Source: Eledone cirrhosa
Taxonomy: Eukaryota
Assembly (NCBI GenBank): GCA_964016885.1
Contig: OZ024742.1
Location: 252,526,001 to 252,590,000 of the forward strand
Reading direction: 5' to 3'
Length of the DNA: 64,000 nt
The notes under the pieces were generated by a model. It saw only the letters and a program-made list of their open reading frames with translations, searched no databases and was not told where the DNA came from. This document shows, piece by piece, positions 11,397 to 23,773 of this stretch (positions within the stretch are counted from its first letter, which is position 1; every line of letters starts with the position of its first letter). Position numbers and translations under genes: made by a program.

Positions 11397-12559
11397 TATA
11401 AGGCATAGAAGATACAATGTAAATTTCTATATTAATGAAACTGTAGATATAAACCTTTACTTGAACAACTGAAATTTACTTATATATATATATATGTATG
11501 TCGAAATATATATATGTATGTATACTCCGAAATCATTAGACGTGTCCGTCGAACCTGCGGGTCCAGAATCAGACAGATCCACACAATGATCGCATCTCGA
11601 GCTGTCCGCCGGCGAAACAATTGTAAGACACAATAAATTGAGTTCAGATGCATCACTGATTTTTCGTTTTATATTATATATGTATGTATATATATCTAGA
11701 GAGAGATAGAGATAGAAAGAGAGAGAGTCTGCAGTGCTGAGACTGGGGAGACCACAAATCTTGGGAGTACTCAATGCATGGGGAGATGCAGAGTGGGTAT
11801 GGAACCGTCTGTGACGCCAAGCCATTTCAGCTTGTGTTCAGCAAGCCTTTTCAAGGGTGTATTCCCTTGAAAGGGCTTGTGGAACACATACGTCAAAATC
11901 AATTGTTATCACAGTAGGGTTCATACTTCTCTCTTTCTATATATATTTCAAACAATAGCTACACCTTCATAATGTCTAGCATATATGTTAAACTACAGCT
12001 ACATAATGAAATGAAAAATGAAATTTATAATTCACACCTATGTAGGGTTAGCAAGCCTCCTACCTGGTTTCATTTCATATGAGGTTTCTTTCATGTTTTA
12101 ATGATAAGGGCCTCAATGAGACTATAAAATGCAATGTGAAATGATGTGAATTACTCAACAACACAACACGCCACCTAGTCCAGGAACTGAACCCACGGCC
12201 TTATGATCTTAGGTCCCAAACCCTAACTGCGTGGCCATTATTGTCGAACACATTACATATGTATACAATAGGTACACTGTATCTCTGTGTGTCATATGAA
12301 GCAATTAGAAGTGTTAGTGGCCGGGAAGAATATCTGGGTGTAAAACATTGCCTCAAAACATCCTCTCTAATAAATGCCAGCATGGAAAGGTCAACATAAA
12401 CATGATGATGATAGACACATATTTATTAGCAGTGACATTAACATAGCGTGGTTCATAATAGAGGTGTATATGAAGGCATATACAATATGTTAATGTATAA
12501 TAAACACAAAAGTTTCGCTATGAATATTTTAAGCTGTGAACATGTCACAGTAACTGGTG

Positions 12560-13590
12560 AGAATGCTAGACATGTGTTCTGGGAATTTTTATGGGACAAA
12601 ATTCTGGAAGTCACAAACCAGGTCTGCTGTTGGAGCAAGGTCCTAGCAAGATGGAGGGTGATGTGATAGTGGAATAATAAGGTCGATACAGCCATAAAAA
12701 CAAAAAATGACAAGTCTAGAGAGATTTAAGGAAAGGAAGAAACAGAGCAATAGCAGATAGCTAGAAGAGAGGTCAGGTGCCCAGTATACCTAGCAAGAGT
12801 AGTGGCAGAAAAGAAGAAGTTTACATGTCATGCATTGTGAAGATTAGAGGCATAAAGTGTTCCAGATTATGAGACAGTATGCTAGAGAAAATCATGATGT
12901 GATAAGAGAAAAGTGTGTTTGGAATGAGAATGAAGCACTTGCCTTGTTTGATGCTAAAAAGGGGGAAATATGGAAGACTTACTGTGTGAGACAACTGAAA
13001 GAGGAGAATAAATGGGACAGTGAGGGCCTACTCCATGTAGACCCAATTGAGGGACCAGCTATAAAGTTGATAACAATGTGATAGATAAAGCAATGAAGTG
13101 CATGAGTTGGGAAGACAGTTGGACCATCTGGTATAGTTGTTGAAATATGCTAAAAACATTTGGTATGGTAGGTTACAAGCTAGTCAGATGCATAATTAAT
13201 TAGGTAATACAGGTTGGTGTCATACCCAGTGACTGGTGCAGCAGTATCATTGTAAACTGCTATAAAGGTAAGGGAAACACATTAGAGAGACTAAACTACA
13301 GAGTTATCAAGTTCATATTCCAGATCATGAAAGTTATTGAAAGGGTTATAGCACAACTAATTAAGGACAGAATTAAGTTAGTTGCAATGCAGTTTGGATT
13401 TATGCCAGATAGTGATACTACTGATGCCCTCTTTCTGTTGAGACAACTACAGAAGAGGTATTTAGCTAAGAGTAAGCCACTGTACCTAGCATATGTAGAT
13501 CTGGAAAGCACAAGGCCAGCAATTATTTTTATGGTGGATATGTAATCTAGTGGGCACTTGGGAAGCTAAATGTAGACGAATGTCTAATAT
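12560..13590 (+). mobile_element. Degenerate RTE fragment related to the 5318-8318 family
   Basis: HVDPIEGPA, MKVIERVIAQLIKDRI..MQFGF, RQLQKRYLAKSKPLYLAYVDLE with many stops. Confidence 0.85.
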
Positions 13591-13689
13591 TAGTGTGCAT
13601 AAACGATGTAGAATAAGCAATATATATATAATATATATATCATACATCTCCCATGAGGACAGGCTGAAGTATACATCCAGTGAAGCTTC

Positions 13690-13920
13690 CAGCCCACACT
13701 GTAAAGTGGTCGTGTAAGTGTCACGACAAAAAGCATCCAGTACTCACGGTAAATGAGGTTGGCGTTAGGAAGAGCATCCAGCTGTAGAAACCAAGTCAGA
13801 ATCAGTTCTGTATGAGCAAGAAACGGTCACCTGACATGGCATTGCTCACAACAGGACAACTCGTCTAACCCATGCTAGCGAGGGGGAATGGGACGTTAAA
13901 TGATGATAATGATAACAATA
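13690..13920 (+). mobile_element. RTE 3' UTR / SINE tail copy
   Basis: ttaggaagagcatccagctgtagaaa core and ggacgttaaatgatgat tail. Confidence 0.8.
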
Positions 13921-14099
13921 TGAGATGCCAGAGGACTACTGATTATTTATACATGTAGGATTATATTTATAGAAACAGAATGAAAATATACACACAAATA
14001 ATATATACAATACTTATTTCACATGAAAATATAGAATCAAAACGAAAGAAAATATTAATTCAACATTAAGCATCAATCGACCACACACTACAAGGGGCG

Positions 14100-14520
14100 C
14101 CGGAGCCTCCCTATAATACTTTTTGAGGCAAGCTAACATTACTGCAGGTTATGGCGAGACTAAGACGCTGGAACAACCAAGCAGTCTCATGGGCACCACC
14201 TAATACTTCGGTAAGGCGAGCTGCTAACAACGACAAGAACTTCGTTGTCAGCTGTCTAGCTCCCCCAAACGTCTCGAACGCCAAAGACTGGAAAAATAGT
14301 TTGCCGATAATTCCCATTTAAACATTTTTTTTATTCCGTTAACCACAGGATCCAGAATGTGGAAAGGAGCAAATGAGTCGCTAACTGTGGCATCACAAAT
14401 GTGACATCTACCTCTCACACAAGGGCAAAGGTTAAGATTATTTGGTCTCTTCCCATCAACTTTGGACAATCAGGCCGGCTCCAGAAACGAGGGGATATTT
14501 ATCCAAGTCAGGACCCCTTT
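14100..14520 (-). mobile_element. CRE-clade non-LTR retrotransposon relic (restriction-like endonuclease)
   Basis: DGKRPN.L.L.P..RGR..ICDATVSDSFAP, LAFETFGG, WLFQRLSLAITCSN correspond to the RPD..WD.T / FET.G / QRLS.A.QRGN motifs. Confidence 0.7.
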
Positions 14521-14749
14521 CATAAATATATCTAGTTTAATTTTTGTTTCTATCTTAAATATTGTTTACATGTATCGAAGGTGTCGTATTACGTTTTACA
14601 AAATGTTGGTATTTCTTCCATTAGGTCTGTCAATCACCAATAATATACACAGTTATACATTCATGGATATTTCAATCAGTATATAACGGGAGTTTCTAAT
14701 CGAACTGTCTACGCAAATTTCGAATGGTTATATTTATAAAAGAAAAATG

Positions 14750-14928
14750 GGCACTACAACGCTATTAGCTGTCAGTCGAAAGCAGCCGATGAAAGCAAAA
14801 CATCGTTTATTTCCGTATTACTACCACGCGTAAGTGGAGTTACTTGGTGGTAGTAATACGGAAATAAACGATGACGAATGACGTCACCTTCGCCTGCTTT
14901 CATCGGCTGTTTTCACGCCTGACAGCTA
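14750..14928. mobile_element. Palindromic miniature TIR element (GGCACTACAAC terminus)
   Basis: Arms agctgtcag..cagccgatgaaagca..catcgtttatttccgtattactaccac pair with their reverse complement; the same ends recur at 48998-49101 and 49590-49730. Confidence 0.75.
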
Positions 14929-15064
14929 TATATCACGTGAACACAATCACATTATTCTTTCAAAAGGAAAAGTTTGGCGCCATTTTTCTCCAGGCAATAG
15001 CGCAAAAGTCAAACGCAGGAGAACAGAAGAAACAGTAAAAGCAAAAGATAAGAAAATAGTAAGT
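14879..15064 (+). promoter_or_regulatory. Candidate promoter and first exon of a plus-strand transcript
   Basis: TGACGTCA (14879), TCACGTGA (14933), YY1-like GCGCCATTTT (14977), donor-like GTAAGT (15059), locally CpG-rich. Confidence 0.4.
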
Positions 15065-15292
15065 AATATCAAATAATTATTAAAAACGTTACAGGAGTCG
15101 CAATTACACGAATAATTAAGTTTCATACATACATATATATGTGTGTATGTATGTATATATATATGTATTTTATCTGATGAAAGCGGTGGTCCTTAAAATC
15201 TGTATAAAATAAATATGGTTTTATAAATATAGTTTCCATTTATTAATATATTGTATATATATATGTATGTATGTATGTATATATATATGTAT

Positions 15293-15757
15293 GTCAAAGG
15301 GCAAAGGAGCTCTTAAGAGTCAATGGCCATCCAAAATCACCGGGAGAAATGACCCCCTTAGCCTTTGTCAAGGCAGAATTCTAGGAGAAGGAAAACTCTG
15401 ATATAACACCTGCAACCCTGATGGTATCCAATGATGTTGACTTTTTCTTCTTTTTGGTAAATATCATCTTGGTTAAGAGAGTGGGACTGGCTTTGTGCAG
15501 TGCTTTTGCTCACTATAAAAGCTTCACGGCACAGGCATTGCTTTATATCTGGAGATCTCTCTGCACTTGTCGTCACATGGTACCATGGGCCTAGCACTAT
15601 GTGTCAATAATTGTCACAAGTGTAGTGTTTGTACCAGAGTTTTCAAGTCGCTCGCTGGACTAAAAAGTCACACTCGTTTAGCACATCAGTAGGGGTTTTC
15701 CTAGATGGATATAAAGTAGTGGCTGTACTCGAAAACGAGTTGGCAGCCACCATATAT
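15293..15757 (+). mobile_element. Short internally deleted RTE derivative (5' UTR part plus 3' tail)
   Basis: Matches the reverse complement of 44700-45090; ends tactcgaaaacgagttggcagccaccat like the RTE tail at 62415-62455. Confidence 0.7.
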
Positions 15758-16304
15758 GTATGTATATATAAAAAAAATTATCAGCAACTAAATGTATTAA
15801 ACTAAGATTTGATTGTTTTATATTTTGTATCTCGGCTCTGTAATACATTTTAAAATTTACATTGACCCTTTTATATACATATCTAACTACGTATATAATA
15901 TATACATATAAAATATAAAGGATTTTTTAATTTAAGATATAGGAATCTTATAAAATCAGAGAAAATCATTTCAATGTAAAATCAAAGCAGCGTGAAGGAA
16001 ACTTACGTTATTTAGTTATATAAATGTTACAATTGTTAAGATATTAAAGGACATTTTATGTAATACACACTTTGTTATTAAACAAATTTTTTTTATATAA
16101 GTTTTATAAGATTACCTGTTATGTAGTTATGACTGTTATTAAGTGCAATCGAATTGTATGCATATACACATATATATACATACACAATTCCCACATATAC
16201 ATACATATATGTGTGTACCCACACAAATAGGTAGATATGCATCACATATATATATACATACAGATAGACATACACGCATAAAACATATGTACATGTATAT
16301 CAAT

Positions 16305-16361
<57 letters not shown>

Positions 16362-17183
16362 GAGAGAGAAAAGTATATATAAATACAGTACATAGTATAA
16401 TTGAAGTACATAAAATACAAAAGAATTATATTACGATTTGGAAATATAATTATAAGCAATATAACTTTAAAACAATATAACTTTAAAAATATTATAGAAT
16501 ATTTCAAGTTATAATTTCAAAATAATAATATGTTTAATAAATTTAGTATAAAAATTTTCTACGTATATTTAACTTAATTTTATATCCATAAGAGAAAGAA
16601 AAAGAAACTTTCAAAAGATAAACATTCGAAAATAGGAGAAACTATCAAAAAATATTTTACCCTTTTAAGAACTTTCAGTATATTTCTCTAGAAGAGTTTA
16701 TTATATTTATTTATATTTAGGAAGAACAGTTTTTTTTACTTGAGTGTATAAGCAGTCAAAAAATGAAGGAATCTAATGATTTATCGATAGGTTCAATATA
16801 TTAATAGAATTAATTAATTAATTATATATTACATTTTAAATTTATATTTAAACGTTGAGTTCAATCTATGTCTACAGCAACTGAATAAATTGTTCCTTAG
16901 GTTCAGGGAATTTTTGGTCTTTAATATAAAGAATATTTCCTCTATACAAAGATCACAATTTTCTGCAGAATCGCGAGCAATTTATAATGTTATTTAAGCA
17001 TTAGTAATGTTATTTATGTATATATTTAAAACATATTTGCTATGTTATTCTACTTTAAATTTATTTATATGCTTTGTATATATTATATATACACAAATAA
17101 TGAATCTGTATATTAAAACATCGTTTGTATTATTCAATCAGTTTATTGAACAATTAGAATGCGCATCCTCAAGTACTTTATAC

Positions 17184-17216
<33 letters not shown>

Positions 17217-17550
17217 GGGGTATGTATGTATCTATATATATGTGTGTGTATGTATATATGTGTGTATGTATATATATGTGTGTGTGTATGTATATATATA
17301 TGTGTATGTATGCATATATGTGTGTGTGTATGTATATATATGTGTATGTATATATATATATATGAAGATAAATTAACGGAGCCATAGAGTCGCGTTATTC
17401 CCTGTAAATTATGTGCTCAAAGGGAAAGGAATCCTATACATATTGTATATGTATATATATATATATATGCATGTATATATATATGTATATGTGTATATAT
17501 ATGCATGTATATGTGTATTTGTATATATGTATATGTGTGTATGTATGTAT

Positions 17551-20500
17551 ATCATCATCATCGTTTAACGTCCATCTTCCACGATTGCATGGGTTTGGAC
17601 GGGAGTTTTCCCACTTGAGGCAAGAGTGGTTGTCTTGCTCGTATAGGACTGTCTGGTGGGTTTTCTACGGCTGGATGCCCTTCCTAACACCAACCACGTT
17701 TACAGTGTGGACTGGGAGGTTTTTACCGTGTTGCCTACACGGCCACATTACAGCGTGGACTGTGTTTTTTTGTCGTGACACCTACACGACCTCATTTGTT
17801 TCGGACTGGATGTTGTGGTACCAACATAACTTTACATTGAAAGAGGTGGTGTGGATGGGGTGGGGGTGGGGGTAGTGGGATGGCGGTGTATTTTTGTTAG
17901 AGGTGCCTCCTGACTGTGGTTGGTTTCACTTTGTACTTAGGTAAGGCGGGTCTGTATTACTGTGTAGCGCCAAAGATCTCGGTCCAGTGACATTGTCTTG
18001 GAGAGGTGTGTGTGAGGTCGGAATTTATCAAGTCGTCCCAGGTTTTTCTGGGTCTGCCTACTCCGTGGCTACCGTCTAGTTTTATTGCCCTGCACTTTTT
18101 TATATAGCTGTCGTCTTTCATGCGCATCACGTGACCATACCAACGTAGTCTTCTCTCGAGTAAACAACATCTGATCCCTCTTATTTCTAATTTTTCCCTT
18201 AGTTCGTTTATGCTTTGCCGTTCATGTATACTACTATTACACATCCAGCGGAGCATGCAAGCTTCGTTCCTCTCCAGTCTGCGTATATCCTCTGCACACA
18301 ATGCCCAGGTCTCACTGCCATGTAACATTGCTGTTCGTATGCAGGCATCATACAGCCTGCCTTTCATTTTTAGAGAGAACCCTTTAGCGGCTAATAGTGG
18401 TATAAGCTCTCTGAACTTTTTCCATCCAGTTCTGACTCTAGCTACTGTACTTTCAGAGCACCCTCCACCACTGCTGATTTTGTCACCCAAGTAACGGAAG
18501 GTGTCCACTATTTCTATAGAACCATCTGTGCAATGGAATGAGCTAGTATTCAGTGGGCACTTGCTGCTACTTATTGCACCAGAGCACCGGCCACATATAA
18601 AATCTATATTCTTAGTTAACTTGCCTGTGATCCCACTACATCTTTTATGCACCCATACTTTGCATTTGGGACATAAAATGGAGTTTCTGCCTACTTCTTT
18701 CCTACACACTGAGCATGGCCATTTCCCAGATGGGACCGGTGCCCTATTTTCCTTCCTACAAACTAGAACTTTAGTCTTAGACAGGTTAATTTTAAGGCCT
18801 TTTGATTCTAGGCCATGCTTCCATGTTTCGAATTTCTTCTCTAGTTCAGCCATTCATTCAGCTATGAGCGTTAGATCATCTGCGTATAGGAGTTCCCATG
18901 GGCAGCCGGTCTTGAACTCCACTGTTTACTATCCAGGTGACCATAGTGTGTCCCACCATTCCAGATGCTTTCAGCATCTCAGCAACTATTTCCGAAGGCC
19001 CAGCCGCCTTACCCGTCTTCATATCTCTGATAGCCTTACTTATTATACTACCTTCAACTAGCACTGCTGGTCCCTCTATTGGATCGATGTGGGGGAGACT
19101 GTCTTTCTCCCATTTATTCTCCTCATTTAGTAGCCTTTCATAGTGACACTTCCAAGCTACTTTCTTATCAGCGTCAGTGATGACAAGTACACCATCATTA
19201 ACGACACACTTCTCCCCGACAATATCACGGTTTTCCTTGACACATTGCCTAGCAATCACGTTTTTGGTCCTCACGTTGTAGAACATGCTTGAACTTTCTT
19301 TCCTCTGCTTCCCTTCTTGCGAAGTACACTTGTCTCCAAGCTTCCCTCCTGGCCACTGGATAGTCTTCTCTACTTCCCCCATCCCACCATACTTTCCAAG
19401 CCTGCTTTTTGGCCTTAATTGACTCCTCCACCTTACTGTTCCACCACCATGTTACTCTCCTCCTGCCTATAGGCCTGCTCCAACCGCAGACTTCATCTGT
19501 CGCCATCAGCGGGTTTGCTTTCAGGAAATCCCACTGTTCGTCTATATTGTATGACTCTAATTGCTCTTCCTTACTGTCGAAAGCATCAAGTAACATGCTT
19601 TTAAATTTATTACTGGCTGTGGGGTCCTTTAGCTTCCATATTTTTCTCCTGAGGATAGTCCTCTTCTGTTGTAGAGAACGTCTCATCTTGACTATGAGGT
19701 CGCTAATTATGAATCTATGTTGAGAGGTGCATTCTTCATGGGGGAGGGATTTAGTGTTTACAACAGACACTCTGTCACGTCTTCTGGTTAGGATATAATC
19801 TACCTGGCTGGTATGTTCCCCTGATCTGTAGGTGATCAAGTGATTGTCTCGCTTTTTTAAGTTAGTGTTACAGATAGTTAGGTTATTTGCGTCACAGAAT
19901 TCCAGGATTCTGGAGCCTTCCTTATTTCTAGTACCAAACCCATAGCCTCCATGGATTCCGTCATAGCCGTCACAATGTTGACCAACGTGACCATTTAGGT
20001 CGCCAGCAATAATTATATAGTCACTGTCGGTTATTGGGAGGTAGTGAGCATCAGTGTCTCATAGAATCTGTCTTTTATAGCGCCAGGCAGTCCGGATTGG
20101 AGTGCGTATGCAGATATTAGTCACAGTAGTTCTATTTAGAACAAGTCTTATTTTAATTATTCTGTCGTTCACTCTATTTACGTCTATTATCTTATCCACC
20201 CATTTTTCTGCTAACATGATTCCTACCCCACCCAGCCCATTGTCATTTCCCACCCAGAAAAGCTTATAGCATCGTTTTTTACCCTCAATGAATCTAGCAG
20301 ACCCGCCCCTCCACCTGGTCTCTCGGATACAGCAAACATCAACCTCCTTACGTTCAAGCATTTCTACAACCTCGTTAGAGCGACCTTTTAAGGTGCCTAC
20401 ATTCATGGTACCAACTCTGAAGTTTTGCATTGCGTTTGGTGGGTGGGGCGCGGGGAGGGGTGAGGGGGATGGGGTTGGGGTTATGTTGGCCATCCGCGGC

Positions 20501-20935
20501 CGAAACAAAGAGGAGTCCTTGCCCTTTCGTCCGGCAGCATGAGGTGAATTTGTCGTTATCTTTGGCATTGTCTCTGAGTGTCCAGATTCTTCAGACTATC
20601 CAGAATTCCTTAGTCCATCCATCATATCGAAAAGCAACCAGGAGTGATAGCATAGGCCGCTGACTTATGATTGGTCCAAATAATAATGGTGGAGAGTGGG
20701 GGCGAGCGGGAGGGATATGGGGTAGTTAGCGAGCGAGAAGGTTTTAAATAAAGCAGATAAAGGTAACATGCAATATACTGGGATTTTAAAATACACCCAA
20801 TTATTTAGAACAGCCAGACAGAATTATAGAATAGCATTGAGAAAGTAGGAATGGATTCTGGGCGATTATACAGATATATGGATGAATGAACCGAAGGGTG
20901 GGGAGTCAAGAAAATGGTATTTTTACATTACATTT
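17551..20935 (-). mobile_element. Near full-length RTE LINE (PHD-bearing family), frameshifted, with RT core deletion
   Basis: APE start RVGTMNVGTL..ETRW, SQVDYIL, PHD CSVC..CPKC..HKRC..CGRC, (GAT)n tail; jumps from VTWIVN to EFKTGCPWELLYADD at ~18925. Confidence 0.92.
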
Positions 20936-21050
20936 CGTAGAAGTGTATATATGAATGTATATATATGTATGTGTATATATATAGATGTAATCTGAATTTT
21001 ATAGATGTAATCTGAATAGTATGGTAGAATATTAAGTGTTAAATGTTAAT

Positions 21051-21089
21051 TGAACAAGTACTTTCATGCTTTTGCAATCTTCAGGTTCA
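21051..21089 (-). ncRNA. Minimal type I hammerhead ribozyme motif
   Basis: tgaac CTGAAGA ttgc aaaa gcat GAAA gtac TT gttca: stem I, core, stem II, palindromic stem III. Confidence 0.7.
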
Positions 21090-22001
21090 TATTCTGTGGT
21101 GACAGTCAAGTTTGCAATTTTCAACTGTAATGAGATGGGTAAATTTTGTGCCTTATATACAGTCAAAAGCGGCTACAGAATGCTAAATTTTGAAAACTGT
21201 ATTTCGACCAATTGGTGTGTAGTTTCACTGGATTACTGAAGCTGATTGGTTTAGGCGTCATTGTTGGTTGAGCATGTCTAACGACTTCTATCCAAAGCAT
21301 CAATTGTTTTGCTATTTTTAGAAATGATGTAAATAGCATTTTATAGGGTTTTTATACCCCTAAGAATTATTATTGTTCATTTAGCTTGGGCTGGAATTTA
21401 TCAATAAAATTCTTTTCTTTGATTTTTCTCTTGATTTCACTTGGCCTGTGTAATTTGTAGAATGGAAATATAAATATTTTCTGACCACATGTTGCTAGAT
21501 GGTTACTCAGGGGTATCTGACGGACATTTGGGGGTCTCTGATTTGCTGTCGGTGCAACCGTGCACGTTCCAATAGTGCATTTCCAATTTGACCGACATAT
21601 AGTTCTTCACAATTCGGGCATTTAATGCAGTAAATTAGATTTCTGCTTTTGCAGTTCATATTTGCATTTGGGAATATTTTTCAAAATTCCAACCCAAGCT
21701 AAATGAACAATAATAATTCTTACATATAAACACCCTAGAAAATGCTATTTTCATCATTTCTAAAAATAGCAAAACAATTAATGCTTTGAATAGGGCCAAA
21801 TAGAAGTCGTTAGACATGCCCAACCAACCGTGATGCCTAAACCAATCAGCTTCAGTAATCCAGTGAAACTACACACCAATTTGTCGAAATACAGTTTTCA
21901 AAATGTAGCATTCTGTAGCCGCTTTTCACTGTATATAAGGCACAAAATTTACCCATCTCATTACAATTGAAAATTGTAAACTTGACTGTCACCACAGAAT
22001 A

Positions 22002-22040
22002 TGAACCTGAAGATTGCGAAAGCATGAAATTACTTGTTCA
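22002..22040 (+). ncRNA. Minimal hammerhead motif in the inverted pLTR (stem III mutated)
   Basis: tgaac CTGAAGA ttgcgaaagcat GAAA ttac TT gttca. Confidence 0.6.
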
Positions 22041-22127
22041 ATTAACACTTAACACTTAATATTCTACCATACTATTTCATTCTAATACCATTATAATCTT
22101 CTATAAACAATCATACACACCCGTGTA

Positions 22128-22188
<61 letters not shown>

Positions 22189-22638
22189 CTTTTAAGCTAT
22201 TTTGCAGTATCTCTGTTCAGGAACACACCGCTTATATTAAATTTATCTCCCTGGAGCTTTGTAAAAGTCTGAGAAATTGGCTACATATATGTTTTATATA
22301 TATATTTTTTTTTTGTTTAGATGGAAGACAAAACAAAGAAGATGAATATAAAGATGAAGAAGATAAAGATGAAGAACCTCACTGCACCGCACTGCACAAC
22401 ACCGCACTGCACCACACCACATCGCAGTGCACCGCACCACATCACACCACACTTCACTACACCACATAAAAACATACAACACTACACCACACTACTCTAC
22501 ATAAAAACACACCACACTACTCCACACCACATAACACCACAACACACCACACCTCACTACATCACACCACATAAAAACACACTTCACTACATCACACCAC
22601 ATAAAAACACCACACTACTCCACACCACATAACACCCC

Positions 22639-23773
22639 AAATTTTTTCCTCATCTTTTTTTCATGTGTTATCAACTAATCCGAACTCCAAGATGTTTGTT
22701 ATTGACTCTCTCTTCATGGAAAACTTAGGTGGATGCACTTTTCTCATTTAACCCCAGAGTTTTCTCTAAGATTTTTCGTATGTTATCAACGAATATGACC
22801 TCCAAACCAGTTGGAAATGATTAGTTGTTCTAGGAAAAAGGAGGGGTAAAGCAGGTGGAAAACCATTGTCGTTTTGTAGATTTATACCCTAATGATTTTT
22901 CTTCGGTCTCCTTTTCAGTGCTATCAACTAATCTGACCTTTTAGTTGCTCTGAATCAATTTTTTTTCTGGGATTTGGAAACTAAAACTAAATTAAACATA
23001 AAATTAAATCTAGCGCCAACTCTAAATCTAAACCAAACCAAGCTAAATTTAAATATAAACATTACCCCATCCCTTAAACTAAACCCTAAACTATACCCCA
23101 ACCATAAAACTAAACCCTAAACATTACCCCAACCCTAAAAATAAACCTTAACCTTTACCCCAAACCTAAAACTAAACCCTAAACATTACCCCAACCCTAA
23201 AACTAGACCCTAAACATTACCCCAACCCTAATCTTTACCCCAACCCTAAAACTAGACCCTAAACATTACCCCAACCATAAAACTAAACCCTAAACTTTAC
23301 CCCAACCCTAAAACAAACCCTAAACATTACCCCAACCCTCAACCTAACCCAGGGAAATAAGTTGATTGGAAGCATCTAGGAGGTCAGATTAATTAATAGC
23401 ACAGGAAATAGCATAGGAAATAGCATAGGAAATAGCATAGGAAATAGCATAGGAATAGCATAGGAAATAGCACAGGAAAAATACCGAAAATGATTAAGTC
23501 CCACAACATGTGAGTGGGGTGTAGATCTGCAAAACTCTTCCCCTCTCCCTCTCCTCTTTCTCCAAAGCTAGTTGTTTTTGACTAGTTTGGAAGTCATATT
23601 CACTGATAACGCAAGGAAATAGAATCAAAGAAAAAATTCCGAGTAAGCAGGGGTTATCCGGGTGAAGGGGGAACCACCTCACCCCGCCGTTTTCCTGGGG
23701 AGAAAAAGTCAGTTTCAAGCATCTTGGAGATTGGATTAGTTGATAGCACATGAAAAATAAGATGAAAAAATTT
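22639..23773. mobile_element. Foldback/MITE-like element with modular inverted arms and a CCCTAA-like core
   Basis: catgtgttatcaactaatccgaactccaagatg at left pairs with catcttggagattggattagttgatagcacatg at right; three nested arm modules; ~31-bp aaaactaaaccctaaacattaccccaaccct repeats inside; (CACAC/CACCA)n flanks. Confidence 0.75.

Larger units (their letters stand above)
21015..22075 (-). mobile_element. Penelope-like element (Neptune-type GIY-YIG end) with inverted pseudo-LTRs
   Basis: ~390-bp inverted arms (21015-21400 / 21680-22075); spacer encodes CKSRNLIYCIKCPNCEELYVGQ..RARLHRQQI...FIDKFQPKLN*. Confidence 0.88.

Noticed and set aside
11457-11825. 122-aa ORF upstream of the ZNF gene as an extra coding exon
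   Set aside because: Crosses microsatellites, has no domain similarity, and no splice link to the ZNF frame is evident
16093-17560. Many Y/I/C/V/H/T-rich ORFs (also 559-846, 44422-44672, 58664-59030, 62172-62499)
   Set aside because: Translations of (TA)n/(TG)n microsatellites
22975-23350. True or interstitial telomere
   Set aside because: Degenerate 31-bp units inside a foldback element, not (TTAGGG)n
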